Assembly (NCBI GenBank): GCA_964561085.1
Contig: CAZLNP010000002.1
Location: 75,440 to 139,439 of the forward strand
DNA from: an uncultured Candidatus Saccharibacteria bacterium
GTDB taxonomy: Bacteria; Patescibacteriota; Doudnabacteria; UBA920
DNA: 64,000 nucleotides
Direction: 5' to 3'
Shown here: positions 63,966 to 64,000 of the stretch, in pieces
Numbering within the stretch: the stretch's first letter is position 1
Layout: each line of letters opens with the position of its first letter
Notes under the pieces: model-generated
What the model was told of the DNA's origin: nothing
Database searches by the model: none
What the model saw: only the letters and a program-made list of their open reading frames with translations
Made by a program: the position numbers and the translations under genes

Positions 63966-64000
63966 TTTAGAGCTATATACCTTACCAACGACCGTCGCTA

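Noticed and set aside
1-64000. Search for CRISPR arrays, tRNA/rRNA genes, integrases/transposases and IS inverted repeats.
   Set aside because: I saw no regularly spaced short direct repeats, no GGTTCGANTCC-type T-arm motifs in intergenic gaps over 70 nt, and no recombinase or transposase motifs. The only long repeat is the 259-bp intragenic duplication listed under features.

Overview
The window is a 64 kb gene-dense, low-to-moderate-GC bacterial region. It has short intergenic spacers, many 1-4 nt start/stop overlaps, a truncated AlaRS, and LPxTG/sortase plus pilin-like secreted proteins. I infer a small Patescibacteria/Saccharibacteria-like genome from these traits; this is an inference only. 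Four blocks stand out. (1) Coordinates ~1.1-13.6 kb hold an AT-richer defence island built around a type I restriction-modification system. Its order is atypical: fic - hsdM - Zn-ribbon/coiled-coil DUF2130-like gene - hsdS - two uncharacterised genes (a small Cys-cluster protein and a PD-(D/E)xK, Shedu/DUF4263-like nuclease) - hsdR - GIY-YIG protein. A PIF1-like helicase precedes it. The two-gene insert between hsdS and hsdR is the best candidate in this window for an undescribed accessory defence module. (2) 14-30 kb carries housekeeping and envelope genes: msrA, truB, msrB, a DNA alkylation repair protein, a GT4 glycosyltransferase, an O-antigen-ligase-like protein, an S41 protease, alaS, a NUDIX hydrolase and pgi. 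(3) 30.5-35.1 kb holds a ribosomal/RNAP cluster, infA-rpmJ-rpsM-rpsK-rpsD-rpoA-rplQ-rplM-rpsI, with Ala/Lys-rich N-terminal extensions on S11 and S9. (4) 35.4-63.7 kb is a surface/secretion-rich region. It contains a 1505-aa Cna-B/SdrD-like LPxTG adhesin followed by a sortase-fold protein whose catalytic Cys is replaced by Ser. It also has two cytoplasmic two-component systems, a def-exo-exo-fmt operon and gltX. A cluster of secreted cell-wall hydrolases (M23, GDSL, M23+VanX-like, lysozyme-like) lies at the end; three of them share an N-terminal VirB2/TrbC-pilin-like module, two copies of which contain a 259-bp perfectly identical DNA repeat, and a DsbA gene sits among them. I found no rRNA, tRNA, CRISPR array, integrase or transposase.
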